Shown here: positions 18,080 through 25,719 of the stretch, piece after piece | Layout: every line of letters begins with the position of its first letter | Position numbering within the stretch: the stretch's first letter is position 1 | From: Tepidisphaerales bacterium | GTDB lineage: Bacteria > Planctomycetota > Phycisphaerae > Tepidisphaerales > Tepidisphaeraceae | NCBI GenBank assembly: GCA_038222915.1 | Contig: JBBRHH010000001.1 | Coordinates: forward strand, 1-36,092 | Direction: 5' to 3' | Length of the DNA: 36,092 bases | Notes under the pieces: generated by a model | The model's input: the letters and a program-made list of their open reading frames with translations, nothing else | The model's database searches: none | Told to the model about the DNA's origin: nothing | Position numbers and translations under genes: made by a program

Positions 18080-19012
18080 TTAGGGAGGCGGCGCAGGCAG
18101 CGGCACCGTCCCGGTCTGTCCCTGATAGGGCGCGGGCGGCGTCGGCATCGACATCCGCGGATCAAACCCCGACCCCGGTCTCGAGCCGCGCTCCAGCCCA
18201 ACGGCCACGCCGTAAAACACATACCCAAGATTGATCAGCCCGATGATTGTCTTACACCACGGGATCTCCAGCCAGTACACCCAGATAAACACATTCAGAA
18301 TCAACCCCGTCGTCATGGCCACCGCACCGATGCGCAGCCCCTGCCCATACGAGATGCGGGCATGAAACATCGATGCAAAGACCATCGCAAACGCGCCGAG
18401 AATCAACAGCACGATGATGTGCCACACCCACGACAACAGCACGCCGATCGGATACGTGAAATACCCAGAACTGCCTGCCATTGAGTTGGCCAGCTTCTGC
18501 AGCATCGGCGAGTCATACGTTCCCGGCGGGATTTGACTGAGAGAATGGATCTGCACCTGCCCATTGGCGTCCTTCGTGTACAACGCTGTCTTAGTCACCA
18601 GTGCCGGCGCGGCCACGTCATCCAGCGAATTCCACGTCCCCGTCGTATCCAGCGCCATCAGCGTCACGTTGTTGTCCGGATTTTTCCACAGATAAGGTTG
18701 CTCCACCGTGCTGCTCGCAACGCCGTTGCTGATCGTGATCGAGGGAAATCCCGCGATATAGCGTGGCAACTGGTTGGTAGACCAGTTCTGAATCCAATAG
18801 TGCGACCGGATCGTGAACGCAATCTGCGGAAGAATCAGCAGGAGGATGTACAGAACTCCAATACCCCGCCAGTTCTGCGCCACGTCGCGAAAAGTCTTCG
18901 CCGAGAAAAACGGCGCAGTCACCATCGCCCGAAAAATCGATACCTCGCGCGGCCGGCGCGTCGGCGGCGCGAACTGCGGCCCCGGTTGTACTGGAGGCGG
19001 ATAGTAAGTCAT
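18080..19012 (-). CDS. polytopic membrane protein with Pro-rich N- and C-termini (possibly DUF1189-like)
   Basis: Intact 310-aa ORF starting 12 nt after the serS stop, with several hydrophobic helices. Family assignment is tentative. Confidence 0.7.
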   Translation of the reverse strand: MTYYPPPVQPGPQFAPPTRRPREVSIFRAMVTAPFFSAKTFRDVAQNWRGIGVLYILLLILPQIAFTIRSHYWIQNWSTNQLPRYIAGFPSITISNGVASSTVEQPYLWKNPDNNVTLMALDTTGTWNSLDDVAAPALVTKTALYTKDANGQVQIHSLSQIPPGTYDSPMLQKLANSMAGSSGYFTYPIGVLLSWVWHIIVLLILGAFAMVFASMFHARISYGQGLRIGAVAMTTGLILNVFIWVYWLEIPWCKTIIGLINLGYVFYGVAVGLERGSRPGSGFDPRMSMPTPPAPYQGQTGTVPLPAPPP

Positions 19013-19024
19013 GAGATCACAATC

Positions 19025-20341
19025 CTAACCGATACGTTCCAACCCGCCCATATAAACCCGCAACACTTCTGGAACCGTCACGCTTCCATCCGCATTCTGA
19101 TAATTCTCGAGGATCGCAATCAAAACCCGCGGGCACGCTAGGGCCGTGTTGTTCAGCGTATAGCAGAACTGCGTCTGCGGCTTCGCGCCAGCAACCGCCG
19201 CCGCGCGATACCGAAGGTTCAACCGCCGCGCCTGAAAATCGCGCAGGGCGCTTCCGCTGTGCGTCTCCCCGTACGCCTTCCGACTCGGCATCCACGTCTC
19301 AATGTCGTACATCCGCCACTTCCCCTGCCCCATATCGCCCGTGCAATTCTTCACGACGCGATACGGCAGCTTCAACGCTTGCAGGATGCGCTCGGCGTTG
19401 GCAATGATCTCCTCGTGCAACTTGATGTGCTCGGCGTCGTCCGCCTTATGCACCACCACCTGCTCCACCTTGTCGAACTGGTGCACCCGATACAGACCGG
19501 CCGTATCCTTCCCCGCCGCGCCCGCCTCCCGCCTGAAACATGTGCTGCTCGCGCACATCCGCTTGGGCAACTCGCTTTCATCCAGAATTTCATTGGAGTA
19601 AAAGCTCGCCAGCGGCACCTCGCTCGTGCCCACAAGCACATTCCCATCCTGCGTCACATACGCCTGGTCCCGGCCGGCCGGGAAATATCCCGTTCCAACC
19701 ATGCACGCTTCTGTCACCAGGATCGGGACCACAAATGGTTCATACCCGCGCGCCACCAGCACATCCTGTGAAAACCGCAGCACCGCGTTGTACAGCAGCG
19801 CCCCGGCCTTCCGCATCAAATAGCTGCGCGATCCCGCCAGCTTCACGCCCCGGTCGAAATCCAAAATCCCCAGCCCCGTCCCAAGGCTGATATGGTCCTT
19901 GCGCCCGTCTGTAAGCGGAACAGGCGGAATCGCAGGATCCGCCCACATCCGCACCACAACATTCTCTTCCGCATCCACGCCCACCGGCCACGCCGGATCA
20001 GGAATCGCCGGCAGTTGCAGCATGATCTCCTGACTCTTTGCCTCGGCCTCCGTCTGGTCCACCGCAATCGCCTGCACCCGCGTCTTCAATTGATTAGTCT
20101 GCTCCAGCACCGCCTCCAGCGCCGGGCTCGTCCCGCCCTTCAACTCGCGCTTCAGTTTCGCCACCTGCTCGCCCAGCTTTTTCTGCTCACCCTTCAGCCC
20201 ATCCGACTCCGTCTGCGCCGCCCGCCGCTTCTCGTCGGCCGCAATCCATGCATCCACCAGCTCCGGACTGCCCACGCGCTTCACGCGCGTTGCTTCCTTG
20301 AACGCTTCGGGGTTCTCCCTCAACAACTTTGGATCGACCAT
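19025..20341 (-). CDS. serS: seryl-tRNA synthetase
   Basis: N-terminal coiled-coil arm (MVDPKLLRENPE...) and the class II core CFRREAGAAGKDTAGLYRVHQFDKVE. GGAAGGAA lies upstream of ATG 20341. Confidence 0.95.
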   Translation of the reverse strand: MVDPKLLRENPEAFKEATRVKRVGSPELVDAWIAADEKRRAAQTESDGLKGEQKKLGEQVAKLKRELKGGTSPALEAVLEQTNQLKTRVQAIAVDQTEAEAKSQEIMLQLPAIPDPAWPVGVDAEENVVVRMWADPAIPPVPLTDGRKDHISLGTGLGILDFDRGVKLAGSRSYLMRKAGALLYNAVLRFSQDVLVARGYEPFVVPILVTEACMVGTGYFPAGRDQAYVTQDGNVLVGTSEVPLASFYSNEILDESELPKRMCASSTCFRREAGAAGKDTAGLYRVHQFDKVEQVVVHKADDAEHIKLHEEIIANAERILQALKLPYRVVKNCTGDMGQGKWRMYDIETWMPSRKAYGETHSGSALRDFQARRLNLRYRAAAVAGAKPQTQFCYTLNNTALACPRVLIAILENYQNADGSVTVPEVLRVYMGGLERIG

Positions 20342-20575
20342 GCGGTTCCTTCCTTCGAACTATTTGGCGCGACGTTGTAACAGATGACACCATGCGCGCG
20401 TAGTGAACTCTCTCCTTATCGGATCATCCCGTGACACCGTTGACCTTCCAGGCGCGGCCGCACTCAACTTTATCGGACGCAGCGAAAACCGATTTTTTAT
20501 TAGGCCGCCGTCGCTCCGTCGGTGTATCTTCCTCGCCGTTGCAGGGACAACAAATGGTCCAGCAAAGGAGCAATC

Positions 20576-20728
20576 GTGAACCGTATGCGTGTTCGATCAA
20601 ATCGCAGCGCCCGCAAGACATCCCGCCCCGAGGCCGCCGCGGCAACTGGTTTTCTGAGCCTCCTCGTAAAACTCACCAACGGCAGCGAGCGCCTCAATCA
20701 GGCTCGTGCACGTCGACGCCGCACCTAG
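20576..20728 (+). CDS. candidate small basic protein (50 aa)
   Basis: GTG 20576 lies 6 nt after AAAGGAG. About half of the codons end in C, as in plus-strand genes of this block. The translation is Arg-rich at both ends (VNRMRVRSNRSARK...ARARRRRT). No homolog recognised. Confidence 0.4.
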   Translation: MNRMRVRSNRSARKTSRPEAAAATGFLSLLVKLTNGSERLNQARARRRRT

Positions 20729-21384
20729 CTTTTTGCAGGCAGATGCGCCGCCAGTTGATCCACAATCCCAATCATCCGCTGCACCTCGATCGTATCAAAC
20801 GGCCGGGTCGAAAAATCCAATATCAAATAACCCCCATGCAACAGCAGCCCCACGACGGCCGGCGTTAACCCCACCAGCGACGATCCCCCCACCGCACGCG
20901 CCGCCACCGCGTCGGCCCCAAACACCACAAAACGGTCCGGAGATGCCAGCGACGGATAGCTGCTAATCACAAAAGCATCCAGAAAACTCGACTTGTGCGA
21001 AACCGGCCGCAACCCCGTAAGCGGCCAAGCCGTCCCAATCTTCCGCACCAGCAAGTTCCAACACGCCGGCTTGTCCGAAGCCTCCCCCGGCGTAGTCCCC
21101 GCCTCAAGCTGCACCAGCGAAGTCGAATCATCGCGCAAAGAAAACAACAGCTTCCCCCGAGTCTTGGCATCGGCCACCGGCTCAGGCAATCGCTCCGCAC
21201 CCGGCGGATCCAGCTTAAACCGGTTAGACGCAGCCCAATCCGCAAGTTGAAGCCGCAGCCGATGCGTAGTCCACCGCCGCACCAAAACCCAGAACACCGC
21301 CACCGATGCAATCAAAACAACAACCAGCGCCACCAGCGCAGGCCAAGGACGCGTCAACGGCAATTCCCCAAGAAACTGATCCAT
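20725..21384 (-). CDS. hypothetical N-terminally membrane-anchored protein (219 aa)
   Basis: Intact ORF with one TM (WPALVALVVVLIASVAVFWVLV) and strong G/T-ending codon usage like its neighbours. Confidence 0.65.
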   Translation of the reverse strand: MDQFLGELPLTRPWPALVALVVVLIASVAVFWVLVRRWTTHRLRLQLADWAASNRFKLDPPGAERLPEPVADAKTRGKLLFSLRDDSTSLVQLEAGTTPGEASDKPACWNLLVRKIGTAWPLTGLRPVSHKSSFLDAFVISSYPSLASPDRFVVFGADAVAARAVGGSSLVGLTPAVVGLLLHGGYLILDFSTRPFDTIEVQRMIGIVDQLAAHLPAKS

Positions 21385-21673
21385 GACTCCATTCTAGCGA
21401 ATCAAAACCGCACGTCATGAACGCCAGCCACTGATTCGCAAGTGTCCCAAGCGCCGAGCGCACATCGTTTGGGCCACGGACAGGAACTGTCATCGCGGGA
21501 ACTTTGGCACTCGCTGGGTTACCATGTCGTGCTGATGCAGGTCAACGCGGGCTGTTCGTGCTCGTACGGAGATCGCGGCACCTGCCGCTGGCAGAATGGA
21601 AGCCGCGCGCGTGCAGTGGCGCGGAGCAAGATAGTCGAGAATCATTTCGTTTCAGAAATTCGGAGGTTCATGC
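21385..21673. other. strand-composition (GC and AT skew) sign switch in a divergent intergenic region; candidate origin or rearrangement junction
   Basis: Left of it the plus strand is C/A-rich and right of it G/T-rich, from hand counts and codon reading. The flanking genes diverge. No DnaA box or AT-rich unwinding element was recognised. Confidence 0.4.
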
Positions 21674-22822
21674 ATGCGATCCCGCAATGAACGACGGCGG
21701 CGTAATTGGGCATGTGTTGTTGTGCTTGCGCTATTCGCGTCGATGGGCGCAAACACGTTTGGAGCCGAACACACCGAATTGACATCCAAAAACTGGGAAA
21801 AAATCGCCATGTATTTTTCACCGCCGAAAGAATATGCTGGGAAAATGGGCGACTTTCGTTCGCCGCTCTTATTTGAGGATGGGTCGGCCGTGAAGACGGC
21901 GGAAGATTGGAAACGGCGGCGTACGGAAATTCTATCGGCCTGGAACAAGTTGATGGGCGAATGGCCTGCACTTCTGGACAAGCCGGCCATTGAATATCTG
22001 GAGACGAAGAAACGCGAGGGGTTTACACAGCACAAGATAAACGTGCAGGTGGCGGAGAAGCAGACGGTCGCGGGTTATCTATTGGTTCCGCCGGGCGATG
22101 GGCCTTTTCCTGCCGTCGTCGTGCCGTTTTACGATGCGGAGACGAGCATAGGGTTGGCCGGCAAACCGCTGCGGGACTTTGCATATCAGTTGACCAAGCG
22201 CGGGTTTGTTACGTTGTCGATTGGATCGCCCGGCGGCGATGCGCGCAAGCCGGACACGGCCGGGCATGTGCTGCAGCCGCTTTCGTATCTGGGCTATGTC
22301 GGGGCCAATTGCTACAACGCGCTGGTGGCGCTGCCTTATGTCGACGCGAAGCGCATCGGCATCGTCGGGCACTCGTATGGCGGGAAATGGGCGATGTTTT
22401 CGAGCTGCCTCTACGACAAGTTCGCAGCCGCGGCGTGGTCTGATCCGGGCGTGGTGTGGGATGAGGCGCGGGGGAACGTGAATTACTGGGAAGCCTGGTA
22501 TCTGGGACTGGAGGGAGAGGCGAAGCGAACACCAGGATTGGTGACGGCAGACAACCCGAGAACAGGGGCCTACAAGGAACTGGTAAAGGCCGGCCGCGAC
22601 TTAACAGAACTGCATGCGCTGATGGCGCCGCGGCCGTTCCTCGTTTCAGGCGGGGCGGAGGATGGGGCGGGGCGCTGGGTGGCGCTGAACCACGCGGTAG
22701 CCGTGTACAAGCTGCTGGGGTTTGAGGGCAGGGTGGGGATGACCAGTCGGGAAACGCACGATCCGACGGTGGAATCGAACGAGGTGTTGTATACGTTTTT
22801 TGAGAAGTTTCTGGGGAAGTGA
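21674..22822 (+). CDS. secreted alpha/beta hydrolase (dienelactone hydrolase / esterase-like)
   Basis: GGAGG lies 7 nt before ATG 21674. N-terminus has an Arg-rich signal (RRRRNWACVVVLALFASMGANTFGA). Nucleophile elbow IVGHSYGGKWA. Confidence 0.8.
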   Translation: MRSRNERRRRNWACVVVLALFASMGANTFGAEHTELTSKNWEKIAMYFSPPKEYAGKMGDFRSPLLFEDGSAVKTAEDWKRRRTEILSAWNKLMGEWPALLDKPAIEYLETKKREGFTQHKINVQVAEKQTVAGYLLVPPGDGPFPAVVVPFYDAETSIGLAGKPLRDFAYQLTKRGFVTLSIGSPGGDARKPDTAGHVLQPLSYLGYVGANCYNALVALPYVDAKRIGIVGHSYGGKWAMFSSCLYDKFAAAAWSDPGVVWDEARGNVNYWEAWYLGLEGEAKRTPGLVTADNPRTGAYKELVKAGRDLTELHALMAPRPFLVSGGAEDGAGRWVALNHAVAVYKLLGFEGRVGMTSRETHDPTVESNEVLYTFFEKFLGK

Positions 22823-22879
22823 GGGAGCTCCGCGGAGTCTCGTCCACCAAGGGCCGCAAACAGACGCTACGAATTCAAA

Positions 22880-23143
22880 TTATGCGGCTGTCGATTCAGC
22901 CGAGTCGGAAAAGATCTGGCTTACGCCTTCGTGATCGAAGATGGCCGGGGCTCCCTGGGCGCTGACGAAGACCGCAACGCCGCCGCGCAGAACGAGGGCC
23001 TCTGGATGGTCAACCTGGACGCGGTCGCCACTGACGAGTTCGACCACATACGACTTAAATGGAGTCCGACGTTGAAAACCTCGGATCGCGGTTTGGAAGT
23101 GATCGGTGGTCATGGCCGGCATTATACCGGCCGAATAGTGCAT
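22880..23143 (-). CDS. small hypothetical protein (77-87 aa)
   Basis: This is the only part of ORF 22880..23413 that does not overlap dedA. Possible starts are 23143, 23122 and 23113. The translation looks globular (FKSYVVELVSGDRVQVDHPEALVLRGGVAVFV). Confidence 0.5.
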   Translation of the reverse strand: MHYSAGIMPAMTTDHFQTAIRGFQRRTPFKSYVVELVSGDRVQVDHPEALVLRGGVAVFVSAQGAPAIFDHEGVSQIFSDSAESTAA

Positions 23144-23168
23144 CAGGCAATAATTTGCCGCCTCACGC

Positions 23169-23879
23169 TCAGCCCACTTTTGAGGCAGAAATTTCTGTGC
23201 CTTGTGGCGTCGAGATAGCTTCAAAGCCTTTACGTTTCGACTCGGCCCGGCCTCGCATGATTTCCACGATCGCCGGCAGGATCGAAATAAACACGATGGC
23301 GAGGCTGACGAGTTCGATATGCTTTTTGACGAAGTCGACGTTGCCGAACATTCGGCCGGCGAAGAGGAATCCGAACACCCAGACGATAGCGCCGATGACG
23401 TTGAACGCGGCAAAGTGGCTATAGGTCATCTTGCCGATGCCTGCCACGAACGGCGCGAAGGTGCGGACGATGGGCACGAAACGGGCGAGGATAATCGTCT
23501 TGCCGCCGTAGGTCTCGTAGAACTCGTGGGCCCGCAACAGGTGCTTCTTGTTGAGAAGGCGGGAGCTTTCGCTTTTGAAGATTTTCGGGCCGATCTTGCA
23601 GCCGATCCAGTAATTGACGCTGTCGCCGAGGATAGCGGCGATGCTCAGGAGAACGCCGACGGTAACGAGGTTGACATGGGAGTCGGCGGCCACGGTCATG
23701 ATGCCCAGCAGGAAAAGGAGGGAGTCGCCGGGAAGAAAAGGGGTGACGACGAGGCCGGTCTCGCAGAAGATGACGGCGAAAAGGACGACGAAAAACCAGA
23801 CGCCCATGCTGGCAGCGCCTTTATCGAGGTAGACGTCGAGGTGGTGAAGGATGTCGAGGGTCTGGTGAATCAGATGCAT
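23169..23879 (-). CDS. dedA: DedA family membrane protein
   Basis: DedA/SNARE-associated signature FCETGLVVTPFLPGDSLLF and RFVPIVRTFAPFVAG. ATG 23879 (MHLIHQ) preferred over the ORF maximum at 23921. Confidence 0.88.
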   Translation of the reverse strand: MHLIHQTLDILHHLDVYLDKGAASMGVWFFVVLFAVIFCETGLVVTPFLPGDSLLFLLGIMTVAADSHVNLVTVGVLLSIAAILGDSVNYWIGCKIGPKIFKSESSRLLNKKHLLRAHEFYETYGGKTIILARFVPIVRTFAPFVAGIGKMTYSHFAAFNVIGAIVWVFGFLFAGRMFGNVDFVKKHIELVSLAIVFISILPAIVEIMRGRAESKRKGFEAISTPQGTEISASKVG

Positions 23880-24125
23880 CTTCTCTCCGGTACTGCGAAA
23901 GCGCGAATGGGTTGTGTCCAAACCCCGGTACAGGATGTCTTATCGGAAAAATCCGTGTGCTACAACCGCGCGACGTTTGGGCTCGACGGCGGCGGACGGG
24001 GTCAGCCATGTTGCTTCCCCATCTTTCCAGGCTGCGTCCGATAAGGCTGGCCGGTTGGCGTCGCCAAGATCTATGGCTGAGTTCGCCATCGAGCGGGTTC
24101 ATCCATTAGCTCATCTATAATGGGT

Positions 24126-24183
24126 ATTGCAGAGTCCGTCTGATAATAACACAAATTTTGATCTGCAATCGTCTTATCAGACG
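24126..24183. repeat. two interleaved perfect inverted repeats (A-B-A'-B' order) in the most AT-rich intergenic region
   Basis: A: ATTGCAGA (24126-24133) pairs with TCTGCAAT (24162-24169). B: CGTCTGATAA (24137-24146) pairs with TTATCAGACG (24174-24183). Confidence 0.7.
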
Positions 24184-24361
24184 TGATGGGCCTGACAACT
24201 GTAATTCAGTGTATGGATGAGTCCGGTTAATTGTGGATTCTAGGTAATTGTATTAACTTCTATAATTTTACTTTACCTCAGTGCATTCATGGTTTAGTAC
24301 TTGATAGAATCGGAACGATAGTGTCAGTAAAGGGCCAGTTTGGTGGGCGATTGGAGAGGGT

Positions 24362-25384
24362 ATGCGCGAGGCAGCGACATCAAGTCGAGGCTGGTTTAAC
24401 CGCAGGGCTGTGGCGGCCGCCGCGAGTTCATTATTGTTGAGCTCGAGTGGCTGGGGTTCGCTTATCAATTTTGATCCAGACGGGGCCGGTGGAAATACCA
24501 CCAAACAGATTGGTACCTTCGCGTTTCTGCCGGGCAGCAGCCTGATGCAGAACGTCGCCCATTTCCACGAGGATACCGCTACCTTTCCACTTGGTTCGAC
24601 GTTTAATTTCGACGTCTATCTGCAGGCGCGGGTGGGCAATCTGCTGGACGTCACGAACACACCCGTCGCCGTCTCAGGGTTTAATACGGGCGGATTTGAA
24701 TTGACCGCGGTCACTCATTTTACCGCGACCGCAACGCGCACTTCTGCAACCAAGTTCACAATCAGTCTGCCGCCGGTCGGGCAGCAGACAAGCAACTTCT
24801 TTGAGATCTACTACGATCCCAATGCCGGCACGAAGGCGAATGATCTGGCCGGGACGGGATTTAATGATGTTAGCACTACTGCGAAACAGATTTTCAGCGG
24901 CAAGCTCATCAGTATAACGCCCACGAGCAATATCAGCGTCGATACCAGTTCGATCGATCTCTTCGACCAGTACGATGCCGACGGCGACAACTATGGCGGG
25001 ATGCAGTCGATCTTTTCGGGTGGCAATCTGAAGTTCAATACTTCGGTTGATTCGGTCGACTCCAGCTTCTTCACGGACAGTATGTCAACCTTCACGTTCA
25101 ACACATCGCTGCAATCGCCGTTTTCGTCGGTTGATCCCGGAGCGCAATTTTCGGGAGCGGCCGGGGGACGCACCGCTTCAGACACCACGTATGTTCTCCC
25201 CGATGCCGGAAGCGGGGCGCAGTCCAGCAAGACCAATGGGCTGACCGGTACCGGACTGGAGGACCAGTCATTCGCCAATGGAACGTTTACCGCCGTCCCT
25301 GAGCCGGCGTCGCTGCTCGGTTTGGCGGCCTTTGCGGGTGGGCTGATGCCGCGCCGGCGAAGCCGAACGCGATCATCTAAGTGA
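24362..25384 (+). CDS. PEP-CTERM sorting-domain secreted protein
   Basis: The C-terminus is VPEPASLLGLAAFAGGLMPRRRSR: a PEP motif, a hydrophobic helix and a basic tail. An N-terminal signal-like region is present, and GGAG lies 5 nt before the ATG. Confidence 0.85.
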   Translation: MREAATSSRGWFNRRAVAAAASSLLLSSSGWGSLINFDPDGAGGNTTKQIGTFAFLPGSSLMQNVAHFHEDTATFPLGSTFNFDVYLQARVGNLLDVTNTPVAVSGFNTGGFELTAVTHFTATATRTSATKFTISLPPVGQQTSNFFEIYYDPNAGTKANDLAGTGFNDVSTTAKQIFSGKLISITPTSNISVDTSSIDLFDQYDADGDNYGGMQSIFSGGNLKFNTSVDSVDSSFFTDSMSTFTFNTSLQSPFSSVDPGAQFSGAAGGRTASDTTYVLPDAGSGAQSSKTNGLTGTGLEDQSFANGTFTAVPEPASLLGLAAFAGGLMPRRRSRTRSSK

Positions 25385-25396
25385 CGACACGGCTAA

Positions 25397-25719
25397 TTAG
25401 CCTTGGCGGCCGACTCGATCAAATTCCTTAAACAATTCTGACATGGCGCTCAACACCTGCGGCTGGTCCGCGATGCTGTGGCGTTCGGCGAGGTAACTTG
25501 GATCATCTGATTGCTCTACATCAGCGGTGTGCCGGCGGCGGGGTTTCCAAAGATCAGCAATTCAGTCGGCCGAAGGGAAAGGTTGTTGGCCCTTGCGCCG
25601 GCGGCATGATCGATACGTGCGAAGATGTGAACACTGCGCTGCGTCAGTAGCGCGGCGAGGCGGTCGAGCGTCTGCGTGACCGTACGGACACTTTGAATCG
25701 TGATCAGGCCGGCGTTCAT
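25397..25719 (-). pseudogene. DUF302 domain gene disrupted by an internal out-of-frame deletion
   Basis: The N-terminal 67 codons read as a DUF302 N-half (FARIDHAAGARANNLSLRPTELLIFGNPAAGTPLM) and then hit TAG. In another frame, about 10 codons later, comes a DUF302 C-end (DDPSYLAERHSIADQPQVLSAMSELFKEFDRVGRQG, stop at 25397). The central LDLPLK...V.Y segment is missing. Confidence 0.7.

Noticed and set aside
20342-20575. T-box leader, riboswitch or intrinsic terminator in the 380-bp spacer upstream of serS.
   Set aside because: I found no specifier or T-box sequence, no convincing stem plus U-run, and only short imperfect repeats (CCGTCG/CCGTCGG are direct, not inverted).
20576-20728. Resemblance of the small basic ORF to ribosomal protein L34 (GF...T.NG..L..R.A..RR pattern).
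   Set aside because: L34 is extremely conserved (GFR.RM.T..GR.VL..RR.KGR). Here the spacing differs by two residues, the core is hydrophobic (GFLSLLVKL), and the rnpA/yidC/dnaA context is absent. It is kept only as a hypothetical small ORF.
22880-23413. The full 177-aa ORF 22880..23413. The same applies to the N-terminal extensions of other ORFs (8922-9185, 12125-12331, 8934-9035, 35924-36082, 23880-23921).
   Set aside because: The upstream parts overlap well-supported genes or divergent promoter regions, and they translate to Ser/Arg/Pro-rich sequence. Internal starts with SD sequences or family-typical N-termini fit better.
24232-24240. DnaA-box-like 9-mers: TGTGGATTC at 24232 and GTATCCACT at 28500. 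I also considered the AT-rich 24100-24330 stretch as an oriC unwinding element.
   Set aside because: Each has 2 mismatches to TTATCCACA/TGTGGATAA, and they are isolated, not clustered. The AT-rich region is 2.5 kb from the skew switch, with genes of already switched composition in between. This is not enough to call an origin there.
24116-24266. TATAAT hexamers at 24116-24121 and 24261-24266, considered as promoters for the PEP-CTERM gene.
   Set aside because: Neither has a credible -35 element at 16-19-nt spacing or an extended -10 TG. In an AT-rich stretch such hexamers occur by chance. They are not listed as features.
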